Below the pieces are notes generated by a model. The model was not told the origin of the DNA and made no database searches. It saw only the letters and a list, made by a program, of their open reading frames with translations. The position numbers and the translations under genes were made by a program. From NCBI GenBank assembly GCA_964016885.1, contig OZ024740.1, forward strand, positions 383,160,001 through 383,224,000: 64,000 nucleotides of DNA, written 5' to 3'. Positions 28,557 to 43,822 of this stretch are shown piece by piece. This DNA is from Eledone cirrhosa (lineage: Eukaryota). The first letter of the stretch is position 1. Each line of letters starts with the position of its first letter.

Positions 28557-29632
28557 TGTTATGTTGTTAACGAATGGGTAGAACTGTCCATTCCGGTTAT
28601 TAAACCGTGAAGGAATAAATTAAATCACTCGATGTTATGCAAATTGTCCATCCTAGATGTGGGCTTCAGTGGCTGGCGCAGGAACAAAGTTAAGTATTCA
28701 TTTATAAGTAAAAGCAGGCCGGAGTGGAAAACCTTTTTTACAGTTTTAAGCTTTTGAAATCTATGTTTATTTCTATGGCTCATGTTGCAATCCGATCATG
28801 TTGCAATAATTAGTTCTATAATATAACAGGATTACGGTGAACACAAACAGTGTATAAAGGCTTGGTTCGGGGATGGTTCGCCAATTCGGTATTTTTGTAA
28901 CGGAAAATCATACTCAAATCTTGTGGTTTGGGCTTCTACTTGGACAGGAGATTCACCTTCTGATGCAAAATAATATCATGCTTGTGGTTTAATTTGTACA
29001 TATATGTTTTTTAATATCTTATTCGTCGTTCATATTAAATCGTATGAAAATATATATTAGTATTTCTAAAAGATTTTGAACACAATCCCATTGTATTTTT
29101 CGTGAACGTCTTGCTTAAAACGTTGATATTTTGTGAGTGTAAATTGTTTCTTTTCTCTTCAATAACAGCATTCATATGAAATTGAATCTTTAATTAGTAC
29201 ATTATAAAGAGAGTCTACTTCAATTATCTGTCTTCCAACGAATGCCTATGAAATATTAAACTAAATATAAATTGAATTACTATGAACACAAAATCATTTT
29301 AGTTCTATTATCTAACATACCCACATTTTATCGTGTGTAACCTGAACCTCATAAAACAGCAATATTTTAAAGAAATTAGTTTGAATTATTAGCGTTAAAC
29401 AACATTAAATGATCTAGGGGGAAATGTGGTTGAAATGCACACTCAGATATGAGAAAAAAGATATGTTGTGATTCTGCCCTCCTAGAGAATTATATTTTCA
29501 TCAATATAGTGTTGGGAACTGTTGTGTAATTCTCGATTATTTCCTTTTCTTAATATGGTGTTTTAGATGTTACAGTTGTTGATGTTACAGTTGTAGAATA
29601 TTAAAAAAGCTATAGTAGTAGGAACGATATGC

Positions 29633-29777
29633 TAGAGAGAGTGTGTGTGTGAGAGAGAGAGATATTTTGTGTGTCAGAGAAAGAGAGAGAGAGAGTGTGT
29701 GTATGTGTGTCTGTGTGTGAGAGAGTGTGTGCGAGAGAGAGGGAGAGAGAGAGAGAGAAAATGTGTGTGCGTGTGGG

Positions 29778-29832
<55 letters not shown>

Positions 29833-29860
29833 AGCGGAAAAGAAGTTGAGTGTGTGTGTC
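29633..29860. repeat. (GA)n/(GT)n compound microsatellite
   Basis: Directly visible. Confidence 0.9.
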
Positions 29861-31389
29861 TCTGTATGCACTTGAGTGCATTGTGTGTCTGTATGCAAAT
29901 CACTTGAGAATAGGGAATAAAATGTAACAAAGCAACCAATTCATAAGCAATGATAATGATGGACATAACAATAGAGGAAAAGAAATCAGAGAATTAATAT
30001 AAATACAAACCTTATACAGAATATTGAGAATAGTTAGTGATAGAAAAATAGAGCAGGGAATAAATGCTTGTAGCTGCCTCCCGTAATTTACTTTGAAGAA
30101 TAACATTTTGTGGGAAAAAACGTAAAACTTGAAACCAATTTACATTTTTTTTCGTTCTGCATAAGTACAACAAAAGTGTCTTGATTTGGTGCTTGGAGCA
30201 GCTGCGTTTCCCGAGTGGAAATACAAGTAGTTAATGATTCGAATTTGCTTAACATACATGACCCGATATGAACTTGATATACCTCAAGCCATCTAAAATA
30301 TCACTTCTATATGTATTATCTGTCTTACAATTTGCTATACAGCCCATGTTAAGTATCTAAAATAAAACCTATGAGGTAACTTTTTCGATGTATTATTTCT
30401 GAATTATTCCTTTATGGCAAGAGATTTCAAATATGTTTAAGATTTAGCCGATATTTACACTGTAACGAATTGGTTGACGTTAAATAAAATGTTATCATAA
30501 AGCATTCTTCACCATTTTGGTATAATGTTAAAAATATTTCCAATTGAAAATACTGTCTTATATGTTTAAATGATTGTGGGTACAAAGAAGATTTAAATAT
30601 ATACTTTTATTTCAATTTCATCCTTTATTCCTGTTTACCATGAACAATTTTATTGGAAACTATTTCATGTGATCCTCATACAGTAAAGGATGGTATTGGA
30701 TTTTGCCCACACCCGCAAATTAGAATGATGTAAAGAATTGTCTAGTTCATTCATTAGGCTATATAGGATAGAAGCCAAAGAAGGAATTCCCGTAACTTGT
30801 TCTAAAAATCACATTTAACCTTTCAAAAATCTTTCCACCCGGAAAAATATAACTGCCACAAGACAGTGGTGAGTCGATCATTGCAATGATAGTTTACGTT
30901 CTTTAAAATAAAATGGTGATGGGATTCAAAGAGATTGTCACGTTGCATCAAAAACATTTATAAAATAGAACCGACGACAATAAAAAGAAATTCGCTATTT
31001 AATTGACGCCTATAATATTTTAAGAATTAAATATTATTCTTTTATTGCTTTAACATTAGAGTCAATATACTTTGTATTCTATGTGCTAGGTAACTGACGT
31101 CATGCACATATAAATATATCAGATATATTTTTTATTAAAATACGTTTTGTTTTAAAATACGTTTCTCTATTGTTCTCTATATTTAGTATACAGATGCCAC
31201 CAATACCACTATTCTTATCCTATAAATATATATTCAATTACATACTATTTGCACTCAGTCTCCACAATATTAACTGATACTTAGAGAAACATCAACAGAA
31301 CAGGGTAATAAGTCCAACAAGAACTAATATGAGCGCTATCACCGTAGCAAATAGCATAGACAGGAGTGTTCATAAGTCCGATACAATGG

Positions 31390-31640
31390 GAATGTGGTTA
31401 GAATGTCTCAGGACAGTATCGCTAGACAGACTTCACGGGTAAAAAAAAACATAGGAGACCCAGAGGTAAACCCCGAGGAAGATGGATGGATAACATCTCG
31501 GCTGCTCACGCTTAGGGATCCAGCCGGATCAGTTAGAGAGGGTTGCTTCTGCCGGGACTCGCTGGAAGGAGGGTTTGATGACCCTGCCCCAACGATACTC
31601 TCAGGAATAGGTGTGCGAAGAAGGAGGAGAAGAAGAAGAT
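31390..31640 (+). mobile_element. RTE-like LINE 3' end fragment
   Basis: VVRMSQDSIARQT...RRPRGKPRGRWMDNI (frameshifted) followed by a (GAA)n-like tail. Confidence 0.55.
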
Positions 31641-33133
31641 AAAAATGAATATGAAGTTGAGGATTATGATGATGAGGAAGAGGAGGAGAAGGAGGAGGAG
31701 GGATGGGAGAAGGGGGAGACGAAGAAGGTGTAGGAGAAAATGCGAATAAGTTTTGGTTATTTACTCAGTGAAGAATAGTCTTCATTGTGCATATGAAAGA
31801 TGCTAGGTAAGTACAGCTGAGTAATATTTTACACTCGTTAGCATAGGAAGTATTATTTTCTGGAGAACAAGTACCTCAGAAACAGCGACAATATGAGAAA
31901 AATAGTTAGGTTAGTATTTGGTTATCTAATGCAAAGAGGATTCTAATAATTATGCACAGATATAGGAAAATATTCTTGATTAGAACTAAGCCTGCATGCG
32001 TTCAAATATGAGTTACATATTTTCCTACTGCACCATAACCTCATTCGATATTTACACTGTCCTCCCCATGAAGCCATTACTAGTTTCATATTAATTTTCT
32101 TAGTTCTTTCGCTTTCTTTCTTTTTTTAAGAAACTTTCTTATTTTACTTTTCTTCATATTAAGTAACATGTGCAGTAATTTGCAAAAGAGTAATCTACTG
32201 TAAACTTTTATTTTCTGTATTCTTATTAAGATTTAATCCAAATATTACATTCAAATCATTTGCCGAATTTCGATAATTCCATCTTCAAACGCTAAATTAT
32301 TCATGAGTAGAAGTCGATTAGTTTAATGCTGATTGCTTCTCATTAGTTAGCAATTATATACCATTTATAGAACAAAATCTATTTCGTGCATAAGAAAGAA
32401 AATACGGAAACACATATCCCTACGATGCACCTTAATTTACACAAATTTCAAGTATTTAGTTACTTTTAATTTGATTTGTTTTCTTGTAATTGCTTTGCCA
32501 CATATCATGCTATATATTCTTTTATACCTATCATCTATAAACATGTTATACTGTGAATAAGGAATAATATTTATTTATTTCATGTTCAAACGTACGATAA
32601 AAGTAATATTAGCATGATCTTTCACTAGCAAAGTATTCTATATTTTTTCAAAATTGTTTCTCTAAATTCGTACAATGTTCTTGGGCATTTTGAATTCTCT
32701 ATTGCAAACATCTTATAATGTCAGTAACCTATAACTATAAAATATAAGTATAATTTCTTAACGATTAAAAACCAAAATATTCGTCTGTAACGCTATAGTC
32801 AGTCGCGTTATTTTGTTTCTTTAACATCGAATCGATTACCCATAATTATGTGTGGTCTACTATCGAAGATGTGCGCTAATCTATCATTAAGTCATTTACA
32901 CATTAGACTAGTAATCTATCAACACCCAGAGAATTTCTATTTAGTGCAAGCAATTTGGTTACATTCCTGCATATGAAATTTCTCCTCCTCTTACATTACA
33001 AGCACTAGACGCTGAAGGATGCGGTGTTACATCGATCTTGTGGGCTTTCATCCTTGTAACTGATTGAATGTTAATAAAGTAAATCTTGTTGCACTTGATC
33101 TGGTAGGTTAATCTCACGAATTTCTCGACATAA

Positions 33134-33194
33134 CTGAGTTCAAATCCCGTCGAGGTTAACTTTGCCTTTCAGACCCTATGCCAAAAGTAGAAAC
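33134..33194 (+). mobile_element. Internally deleted SINE fragment
   Basis: ctgagttcaaatcccgtcgaggttaactttgcctttca...ccaaaagtagaaac. Confidence 0.7.
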
Positions 33195-33564
33195 TATTAT
33201 TAATATTACATTCGTTTGAAAACAAATCGCCTCACAACGCTATGTGTTTTAGACGACTATCGTGACTCTTTCGATTTACCAGTAACAGAGAGAAGCAATC
33301 TACAATTTTTTAAAGGTAATTGCCCCTTGTCAAGATTGCATATCTCTTATTTTTTCTGCTACACAGTAGAACTCTTGAGAATATATAGTATTTTGTAATG
33401 TATACATCGGATGATTAGCCTAATTTGCAAAAAGAATGATTACACTGCTGGCTTTGCACAAACTGAAAAACAAAATTTGTTTTCTCTCTAACATAGCGGA
33501 TAAGTAAATGCATTCTTGATTTTTATATCAAATAATAGTAATATTATAATAACATTATTGATAT

Positions 33565-33754
33565 AGGGCGATGGATTGGCAGTATCGGTAGAGAGTCGGA
33601 CGCCATGCTTTCCATCATAGTTACGTCCCTTTACGATCTGAGTTCAAATCCCGCCGAGGTTGACTTTGCCTTTCATCCTTACGGGGTCGATAAAATAAAG
33701 TACCAATAATGCACTGGGTAATTGCTGGCCTTGTGCCAAAAGTAGAAACAATTA
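33565..33754 (+). mobile_element. Full-length Nin/Deu-domain SINE
   Basis: Head GGGCGATGGATTGGCAGTATCGGTAG, B-box, core and tail. Confidence 0.9.
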
Positions 33755-34027
33755 TTGATGTTCGATCCTTACACAAAAAAAAAATAATACTTGTGTCCGT
33801 TTTTGTAGTGTACGTATGTTGAGGGTGTGGGGCAATACATATTACACTAATCAAATTAGTGTAACACGAAATCCTAAAATTCATCAGCATTTTGTGAATT
33901 ACATTCATGCACAATATGTATTTAGACACACTACCCTTCTATACGCTCACGCATTTGCTTGCATACAGTAATATTGACTAACATGTGTTATATATTAAGA
34001 TTTTAACCAAATATCTTATTTTAGAAT

Positions 34028-34263
34028 TCTTTTTCTTCTTCTTCTTCTTCTTCTTCTTCTTCTTCTTCTTCTTCTTCTTCTTCATTCACCTCCTCCTTCT
34101 CCTCCTCCACCTCGTCGTCATCATCATCATCATTATCGTCATCACCACCACCACCGTCATCATCAAATGATCATATTCATCAACACCATTATCCTCATCA
34201 GTAGCAACAGCAGCAGAAGTAGTAGTAGTAGTAATAGAAGTAGTAGTAGTAGTAGTAGTAGTA
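34028..34263. repeat. Compound trinucleotide repeat (TTC)n-(CTC)-(ATC)n-(AGT)n
   Basis: Directly visible. Confidence 0.9.
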
Positions 34264-34912
34264 GCGTGACATTCTCTTTTGTTCTACCCTTCCTAAGCTT
34301 ATCATCTATCACGTTTTCTTTAAGCTGTTATAACATTTACACATTGACTAGAATTTCTTTAATAGATCGTTAAAAATCAAAGCAGACAAAAAGAAATCCG
34401 GAAAGAAAGTGTAAACCTTCTCTTTCAAACAGCTTCAACTTTCTTTGATAAGAGCAAATCAAACACATTCTTGTAAACTTTAATTGTTATTTATCTGTGT
34501 CTGTAAATAAATATTCACTGCAGCTGGTCTCTATAACGGCTTCAACAATCAAACGCCGTTTCAAGATGTATCATTATAAAGTGATTTAAGCAGACAGGAA
34601 TAAAAGGTTAGTGATAAAAAATAAAAATAGAAATAAACATGTGAATAGCAGGTCAATAGATAAAAGTGCCAACATAAAACAAAAGAAAATAATAACCAAA
34701 GGCGTTTGAATACAAATATCATTGTGGCCATCATCATATCTCTACCATAATTTTCTTCGTCGTTCACCATGTCGTAATTGCCTTCATCACCACTAAAACA
34801 AAGAACAGCATCTTCGTCATCATTATCATCGCCACCACCAACATCATGATCATCATCATTATAAGCATCATGCTGACATACACACTCTCTCTTCTCTCTT
34901 TCTCACTCGCTT

Positions 34913-34994
<82 letters not shown>

Positions 34995-35001
<7 letters not shown>

Positions 35002-35370
35002 GTTTGTATATGTATAATAAAGCCAAAACAATGCAGGTATGGACATAGAATAAAGAAGGCTAATGCAAAAGATATTGTTGACAATTAGTCTTTTACCTTA
35101 GATTTATTTAAATGTCCTTAATTTTCGATATAATATCTCTTCTTTGGAGGGAAGTAAAGCGGTTAAACCAGTGACTTGGCAAGCTATTTAGAACACTGGT
35201 TTAACCGCTTTACTTCCCTCCGAAGAAGAGATTATTTCGAAAATTAACGACATTTAAATAAATCCAAGGTAAAAGACTAATTTTCAACAATATCTTTTGC
35301 ATTTGCATTCTTTATTATATGTCCATACCTGCATTGTTTTGGCTTTATTATACAAATACAAAGGTTTATA
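34995..35370. repeat. About 175-bp-arm inverted repeat with 20-nt spacer between TA tracts
   Basis: ...gcggttaaaccagtg [acttggcaagctatttagaa] cactggtttaaccgc...; arms are complementary out to ataataaagccaaaac/gttttggctttattat. Confidence 0.9.
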
Positions 35371-35408
35371 CCTCATTACACAATGCGTCAAGTGAACTAT
35401 AACTTCCT

Positions 35409-35456
<48 letters not shown>

Positions 35457-37158
35457 CGAGTGATCTTTATCTTCACAGTTAACATTTTGAGGATTCTCTT
35501 ACACTTACATTAGGAACAGGGAAACGCACATTCACCAATAACTTCAACACTGTTAACGCCCATAGCAAGTTATTTGGTTTACTTTTTTCCTGATAAGAAA
35601 ATTGATATCAGGTGCATTAATAATGAAATAAGTAAACTGAAAGGTTGATTACGAAAGTTTTAAGTGAGTTGAAGATTTGAAATTTTATTTCTACGCACCT
35701 TTAACCTAACCAAAAGTCATTGACGCATCATCCATGGGTTTTGGAGGCCGCGCGTAATGAAGGAAGAGGATATCTCATATCTTTATCCAGTAGGTAGTAG
35801 TGCATAAACTTAGTATCGATTAACTCTACCGTTAAAGAATCCAGACGGATTTCCGTAGATTTTGTCTAATCTCTAACACGCCTCATACTTGCGTTTACGC
35901 AAGATTATGAAACCGGGCACATTCCCAATGTGTTACACTATGTAACCGAAACAGTAGGTTAGGCATATGCCTCGCGACATTTTTACGGATGCGATCAAGT
36001 CCAAGGAAATTGTATGTCATAATTTCAATGCATATAACTTTTAGATTATATATATTTTCATTTGTTTTCCTTATCATCTTTAACCTGCCTATAAACTAAA
36101 AATGGCGCTGTACACCTACGAATCAAACCAGGACTCCAACGGCACAAGGAAGATTAATTATTTTTTTATTAACAAATTTCAAAGCCTTTTATCTGCTTAA
36201 CGTGCTGTCATACGGGTAATTTGCATATTTTTAGTATATTTTGTTAGTGTCGAGATGAACGGATTTCATTGAAACTACATGTGGCCGGTAGCGGGTAGAA
36301 ACATATGCTGGGGCAGTATTCTATGGAGTTGTGGAAATTAATCATATGTAGATAAAAGGGTTAGTACGAGGTTTATGACATGACGCTATATGTGACAAGT
36401 GTAGGAAATACAACTATATCGGAGGAAACTGAATTTAAGTGCTAAATCATCAGAATGTACCGCAGAGCAAATCGATTTCATGCAAATTGACAGTCAAGGA
36501 TGTCATGGGTGAACTGCATGGTATGTGTACATATTGTATATAAATAGCTGATAGGTTATACCAAAAAGCTGAATGTTCGGCTAATAGTGGAAGATAATTA
36601 TTGAATCAAACAATATACCTATGATTTCAATAATTTCATATTTGAATTCTCATTCAGCTTAGAGTTAACTACATGCCATCGGAGTTCATGAAACTCTTTC
36701 TATTTCACCTCATAACCTTAACTTTATGGGTAATAACATTGAAATATTTATTGTTTCATAAATCCCATTTAAACAATAGTTATTGTTTCACATATCAATT
36801 TCCCCGTGAATGAAAGATATATAATTAGCTATAAACGAAATTTCGTTTGAATTGTTTTCAAAGAAATCTTATTTTGCTCGATTTTATATGCTCTTAAATC
36901 CAAGATGTCAAGCAATGGACATTAGGTTACAAGGAAATTTAAAAGGGAAATAAAAGCTATAAATATAACATACTTCCATGCTGTTGTGAATATTTACTAC
37001 AATTTAAAATATACCAACATGTTGAAAACACATCAGATCTTAGAAAATAAAACAAAAACCCAATCCACCACCTTCCACCTTTAACATTATCATTTGAGGT
37101 ACATAAACATGCGTATAAGATTACCCGTTTACCATCATTCAATCCCTCACTTTTCATT

Positions 37159-37358
<200 letters not shown>

Positions 37359-37897
37359 ATGGGGTAGAAACCTTGTGTCGGTGCATGTTTATGTTTTAAT
37401 GCAAAAATATAGGTGAATAAGTTATTGTGATTGTCTGCAGCAGCCTAGCTTTGTGAATGACTTCGTCTACTAATTTTTTCATGTACAGATGGTCAAGCGT
37501 AATGGTACACGCACGCACACTCACACAGGAGTACACGCACACATTTATACATGCATATATTCACACAATCTATTATTTGCTTTTTATCCCTCTCCGTCTC
37601 CCTCAATCTATCTCATTTTCTCACATCTACTATGTGTATGCAAATGCGATTGATAGTACAGATTTACTTTCATATATACAAAAGCAATTTAACAGGGATT
37701 TACATCTCTCTCGATCAAATTCACCTTTATTGAGTGCAACGGAGCATTTAGTAATGTCGCATCTAATGGTTTTATAAAAAAAAAAAAAAACTCTTAATAA
37801 GTGTATGCAGAAAATATTGGAGCAGTCTCTATTTGCATTTCCGCATTTGTATACACACACACGCGTTCACAAGGATACACAGACACACATGTATAAA

Positions 37898-37953
<56 letters not shown>

Positions 37954-38502
37954 AAAAAATAGCACTATCATTCGCAAATTGGACATTAAGACAATCAATA
38001 TAAACGTTAAACGCATAAACTTATTCCGTCGATTCCATCTTGCTGCGCAAATTTCTTTAGTTCTTACTGTTTTTTTTTTGGGGGGGGGGGGGCGTGATGG
38101 ATGGGGTCAATAGTTCAGTCAATCTTAGTTGGTGATGAGGGACTGTAGGAAGAAGAATATAGTTGGTCGATAATGGGGATGAGCAGCTTGCTATATTGTG
38201 AATGAATAATTGTTTGTATTTCTTATGGCCATGGACATCTGTATAATTTCTAACCTTTTTGTCCCTAAAGACCCAAAGACTCCTTTTTATAATTTTCCTT
38301 CGGTAATCCGGCTTTTGGTATAGCAGCCTAGTCAGAAGACTTTCGAATTTCTTTGCATATCCATTTTAGGAATCTCTCTTACCCATCTCTCTCCCCCTAT
38401 CTCTCTCTCCCCCGTTCTCTCTCTTAATCTTTCTTTCTTTCTTTCTCTCACTCGATATATATATATATTGTGTCTTTTTCACTACTTATATGTATATATA
38501 TA

Positions 38503-38640
38503 TTAAAAAACAGATTAAAGTTTAAGTAAAGAATCTGTGCTTTCACCCTAAACGGGATCTAGGGTTCTTATATATTTTATATATATTTATCCTTATCGAG
38601 CCATCTTTTGATTCTAGTCTTCAAATTTATTATTGTTACT
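38503..38640. repeat. Truncated copy of the 50581-50810 repeat family
   Basis: aacagattaaagtttaag..ctttcaccc.aaacgggatc then ggttcttatatattt..ccttatcgagcc. Confidence 0.7.
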
Positions 38641-38646
38641 ATATAC

Positions 38647-38709
<63 letters not shown>

Positions 38710-40190
38710 ATTCTTAATGGAATATAATAATTGTATTCATTCGGCTGGAATAGTTTGAGATTAATTATGTTTCGCAACCCTGCGATCAATCAAACGTCTA
38801 TATTTTTAAATTTAACGAAATATAATATTTCATCGAAAACGGCTCCGAAAATGTAATCCTTTCCGCAGATCACTTGACTCACTCAGATGAAGTAGTGACA
38901 CTTTAAATTTAAAAAGTAATGTTGACATATATTAACAGAATACAAACTAGCAAGCATTTAATATAAGGACTTTCGAACAAAGTTTTATTTACGTCTTTTT
39001 CGATGAGGTAATAGAAACATTGCGTAAAAAATATTTATAGGAAATTAATGTGGATTGAGTAAATTTGATAACATTGGCACATAACCGAGCACAATAGTTA
39101 ACATTGGAAAAGTGAAACACAAAGGTGATCCGGGTGAAATTTGAAATCCAAACCTAGAAAACCTTTTCTCAGTTGATCTACCGATAATTCCACCTCTACT
39201 ATTTGGAGAAAACAATACCTGTTCCAATGTCACTAATGATTGATGTGTCAAATATCAACTCCTTATCTACAGTTCGAAAAACAATATTTACTGACATTCT
39301 ACTACTCTGCTCATTTTAAAAACATAAATACCTAACTGTACTTTATATATTGAGTTCTTTATGCAGTTCTATAGTTTGATTATATATAATAAAAACGATA
39401 TATTAATAACTATATATTCATAACATATGTTCATGAAATATTCCTTAAGAATGCGTCAGATAAAACAGTAAGCATCATCAAAAATATATTTTAGATCATA
39501 TCGTAACCGAAGGGCATAGTAGCATCTGTTTATCTTTTCTTATTTTCCCTGGGTTTATTTTAAATCAATACAGACAAAACGCACAACTATTTAAAACACT
39601 TCGAGTATATTACAGCTTCATTCTTATTCATTCATTTATTTTTTATCAATATATATGAAATAAACTATCGTTGAAATTTATTAGGAACAATTAAACTATA
39701 CGAAAAATCTATACATATCTAGTGTTTGTTTATTCCTCTATTTGCGTCTATTGATGAATGTATGCATATTAGCAGTCATGCTAAAATGCTTGTGTTCATA
39801 CATAAATAAATACTCAGAGCATATAAAGAAATGTGCAGATAATATTTCGAGCTCGATGCGCATCTATATCAATGGTATAATGCTTAAAATTGTTTAATTG
39901 ATGAACACAAACTCACAGAAAAATCTTTAAATGCTTGAGTCAAAGATCAATTCATAATATATATAAATCTTCATTGTATATCTTTCAATGGAACTTGATC
40001 AGGGCTTTTTTATTTTCATATTTTCGTTTAATTTTCTTTTGCAGAAACACGTTCTGCAACTATCAGCGCCTGCTTAAATTACGAACAATGTTTTTATTTG
40101 TAGTAGATTTTATTGACAGTAGATTCAAATTCGTGCTCCGCTGACTACGACTTTTCTATTTCCCATGCATTATGTTGAAATAATTCACAT

Positions 40191-40383
40191 AAGGGCGGTG
40201 GATTGGCAGTATCGGTAGAGAGTCGGACACCATGCTTTGAAGCATAGAGTTACGTCCCTTTATGATCTGAGTTCAAATCCCGCCGAGGTTAACTTTGCCT
40301 TGCATCCTTACGGGGTCGATAAAATAAAGTACCAGTAATGTACTGATAATTTGCCCGCCTTGTGCCAAAAGTAGAAACAATTA
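40191..40383 (+). mobile_element. Full-length Nin/Deu-domain SINE
   Basis: Complete consensus; attatgttgaaataa occurs on both sides (40170 and 40380) as a possible target-site duplication. Confidence 0.9.
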
Positions 40384-41200
40384 TGTTGAAATAATAGAAT
40401 TCATAATGTGAATATATTATTATGTACATTTCAACTTTTGTTTCATATAATTCTATTATTTTGCTGAATTACATACCCGATAAGTAGATTACTTTATGAC
40501 AGGTATATTATGATATTAATCAGTTTTACTTTCTTCGTTATCAAATAACGTTTGGAGTAGACGTATGTTCACTAAGTCGCTTGGAAGGAAATCCGAATAT
40601 GTGAGAACAACAATGCACAGGGACGTCGGAGACTCTATTACCAAATGGGAAGACACTTCCGCTAGGAGAGCATTCACACAAAACAAATAAGACGACACGG
40701 AGTAAAAGAGAAGTCCGGATGACATAGAAAATGAGACGATTCCAAAAGCGCAGTTCTTCTGATTTAAAATTGAGAATACTCGTGTCACGGGAAAATGCAC
40801 CATGTCGACGCTGTAAAATGTTTTGTGATAGTTATGATACTCGTGCTGAAAATGTGATTATTACAATTTGCAGGATTAAAAATAATTAGTAATGTCATGC
40901 ACATTCGAGGATTATTGAGTAAAACCTAGTAAGAGATCATCACAAAACACTGGAAAAGACAAAGAATACATGCAACTAAATGATTCAACAAACATAAACA
41001 TTTAACTGATCTATGTTTGTCCTTGAGGTTCACCGTTTTTCTTTTGCTTTTTCTGTCTCTGGTTTCACTTCTTTCATTTTTTCTTCTCTTTCTCTTGTTT
41101 TTGTTTCTGAATTTTACAGGGTATTAGATACTTCTCAATGGCCTACTAGCACTATACAGAAGTTCAAATACACACACAACCAAACATACTCTCTCCCACT

Positions 41201-41266
<66 letters not shown>

Positions 41267-41307
41267 TTTCTCTCTCTGTTTCAAACACACACACATATAC
41301 CCACGCT

Positions 41308-41338
<31 letters not shown>

Positions 41339-41888
41339 ATATGATGGAATTGTTAGTATCTCACCACATATTAGATATACCGACGACAATAATTGTTGAC
41401 CCCGAAAGTATACACTTATAGGTGGGCATACTACGACATCATGCAATTAAAAATAAACTGGAAAATGCAACATTTCTACTACCAGCTGCAATACAACTTT
41501 GATAACCTATGCCACTAGATCTTGCCGTACAAGTATCGACATCTGACGTTGACCTGAGAAATATTATCCTATTACGTAGATAGTAAGAACATTCCAATAC
41601 TTGGTGCTATTAATTCTGAAACAGTAAAAAACTATATACCAGCTGCTTAGGTTTGAATTCATGCTATCTGTATCACTATTGAACTGGAAGTAATTCATAA
41701 ATCTTTTGAAATAAAATGTCCTCAATTTAACAGTTCAGCTAGTAAGTTAAATTAAAATATATACGGCTGTTGCATGTGGTGAAGAATGCTAACGCATTTA
41801 TTTAGTACATCCGTATATCATGCAGGGAGTGACACCAAAGATGAGCAGCAACAAAATCTTAGTGCAAAATACCAGCGGATTATAAAGC

Positions 41889-41989
41889 TAACTTCGATGG
41901 GAATTGAACTCAGAACGTAAATGGTCGTAGCTCTATGCTGCAAATCATGGCGTCCGACCCTCTACCGATACTGCCAATCAACCACCCTT
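41889..41989 (-). mobile_element. SINE tRNA-like head only
   Basis: Reverse complement of the head through the B-box. Confidence 0.75.
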
Positions 41990-43580
41990 AAAAATAATGG
42001 ACAATCTTGGTACTTCAACCACAAATTATTTGTAATAAAAATATAATAGGAATAACGTAGCAGTATATTTACTTACTTGCTTGTGCTTGTGGTGGCTTTC
42101 TCCCGGGCTGGATTGAAGAGGCTCTATCATTTTAATTCACGGTGTACATTTATTTCAATCGAGTTTCGCCAGGTAATTGCTTTCACAAGCAGTGCCCAGC
42201 CGCAAGTATATGGACTTTAACGCCGAACTCTCGCTTTCACACCCAACTCAAATCGGTGGAGCCAGTTCTGCAACGGGAACGCAGGTGAGAGAATTTGGTC
42301 GCCATGGTGGAGAAACACACCCTATTTGAGCCATTTTGTAGGATAGCAAGAGCTCACATCACTGCCCAGCTCAGGTATAACGACTCTCTTTGTATGATGA
42401 AATGGGAATCCTGTTACCGGAAGTTTATTTGAACCTAACTACAAAATTCAAACCTGTAATATGAAGCGAAATACCCATATCTATTTCATGACATACAACG
42501 TTGGAATAACTAGCGTTCCACACGAACTTATTATCGGAGGATTGTGTCAAAAATGAATTATATCAGGTTCAGTAAACCATGATTTAAGAGAGGCCTGCAA
42601 TCATCTACATTAGAAAACCGTATAGCTCTAATATAGAATGGAATAACCAAGGCAGTATTGTGATCTGTATATGAAACTACAATATCTTATATTAAATGAT
42701 TGAAACGATGTTCCTTTTGCCTAGTTGAGATGCGCATTCATTTTGCATCAGCCTTTTCGAAACGCAAGCAATAAACAAGTGTAAGTTTTAAAATGTTCTC
42801 ACCAGCATAAACATACTGCCGAAGTTCATATATTACTGAAATCTCCCTTGTGCATAGAGCTGGCAATTGGAGAGCTAAACTTAAGTTAAGCAGTTGTAAT
42901 AAGTGAAGTAATTTTTATAAAGGTAAAATTGCCATGACACCAGGAGAATAAATTACCCTCGTCAAGTACTTCATGCCGATTACTGTATATCAAAGAGCGA
43001 ACAAAAAAGAAATGTGTGTGCCACTTTCAGGATGTAAATGAGTGAAGTGATTGATTTGAATAACTGAATATTAAGTCTACAGTATTGAATATATTGAATA
43101 TTCCTATTGTCAGACATGTACTGAAATATAGACGCACAGACAAAAACACAACCATCTAGAAACACTCGCCCGCATGGGATATACGAATATTAGTCGGTGC
43201 ATGTTTTAGAATACGTTTATGAGTGTATAAATTACTTTTTATGTAGGTATAATGCTTAGTGCGTTAAATAATGTAAGACATTTGCTTTTTGGTGAATCAA
43301 TAAAGGAAATAGTAAAAAAATGTTTTTCGAATATATAACTTAAAGTTCAGAATTTTTCACTTATATTTATATTTGTATACTCTGATAATTTGCAGCTGTT
43401 TGCCATATATATTTTCTTTCAGGAATATATTAAAACATTACCGATACTCAGTCGGTCAATTGATCTAGGATTTCTGATCTATATTTATTTTCTTTCTCTT
43501 CGTTTTAACTATTGCTTCTTTTACATATTTTTGGTATGTATCAGTTGGTAGGAACATGTGACCGATATATATATATATAT

Positions 43581-43769
43581 ATAACGAAGGAAATGTGGTA
43601 AGGAACCAGGTGGACCATAACGCACCAAAGTACTCAATACTTAGGGTAGTAGAGTGGGTAATAGGAACGAGTAGGACCCCGACGGCTGAGCTCAAGGTGT
43701 TACGACGGCTAATTCTGGAATTAGCCGTCGAAACGGCTTGAGCTCAGCCGTCGGGGTCCTACTCGTTCC

Positions 43770-43770
<1 letters not shown>
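43581..43770. mobile_element. Short fold-back pLTR derivative, near-identical in layout to 26283-26470
   Basis: Same terminus, same fold-back centre (ggctaattc-tg-gaattagcc), same right end (ttcctat into TA). Confidence 0.85.

Positions 43771-43822
<52 letters not shown>

Noticed and set aside
40516-40810. Possible DNA-transposon end/ORF
   Set aside because: No TIR pair or transposase motif could be identified
42066-42360. Minus-strand LINE 3' end with an (AAGT)n tail
   Set aside because: The tail is suggestive but no protein motif is recognisable
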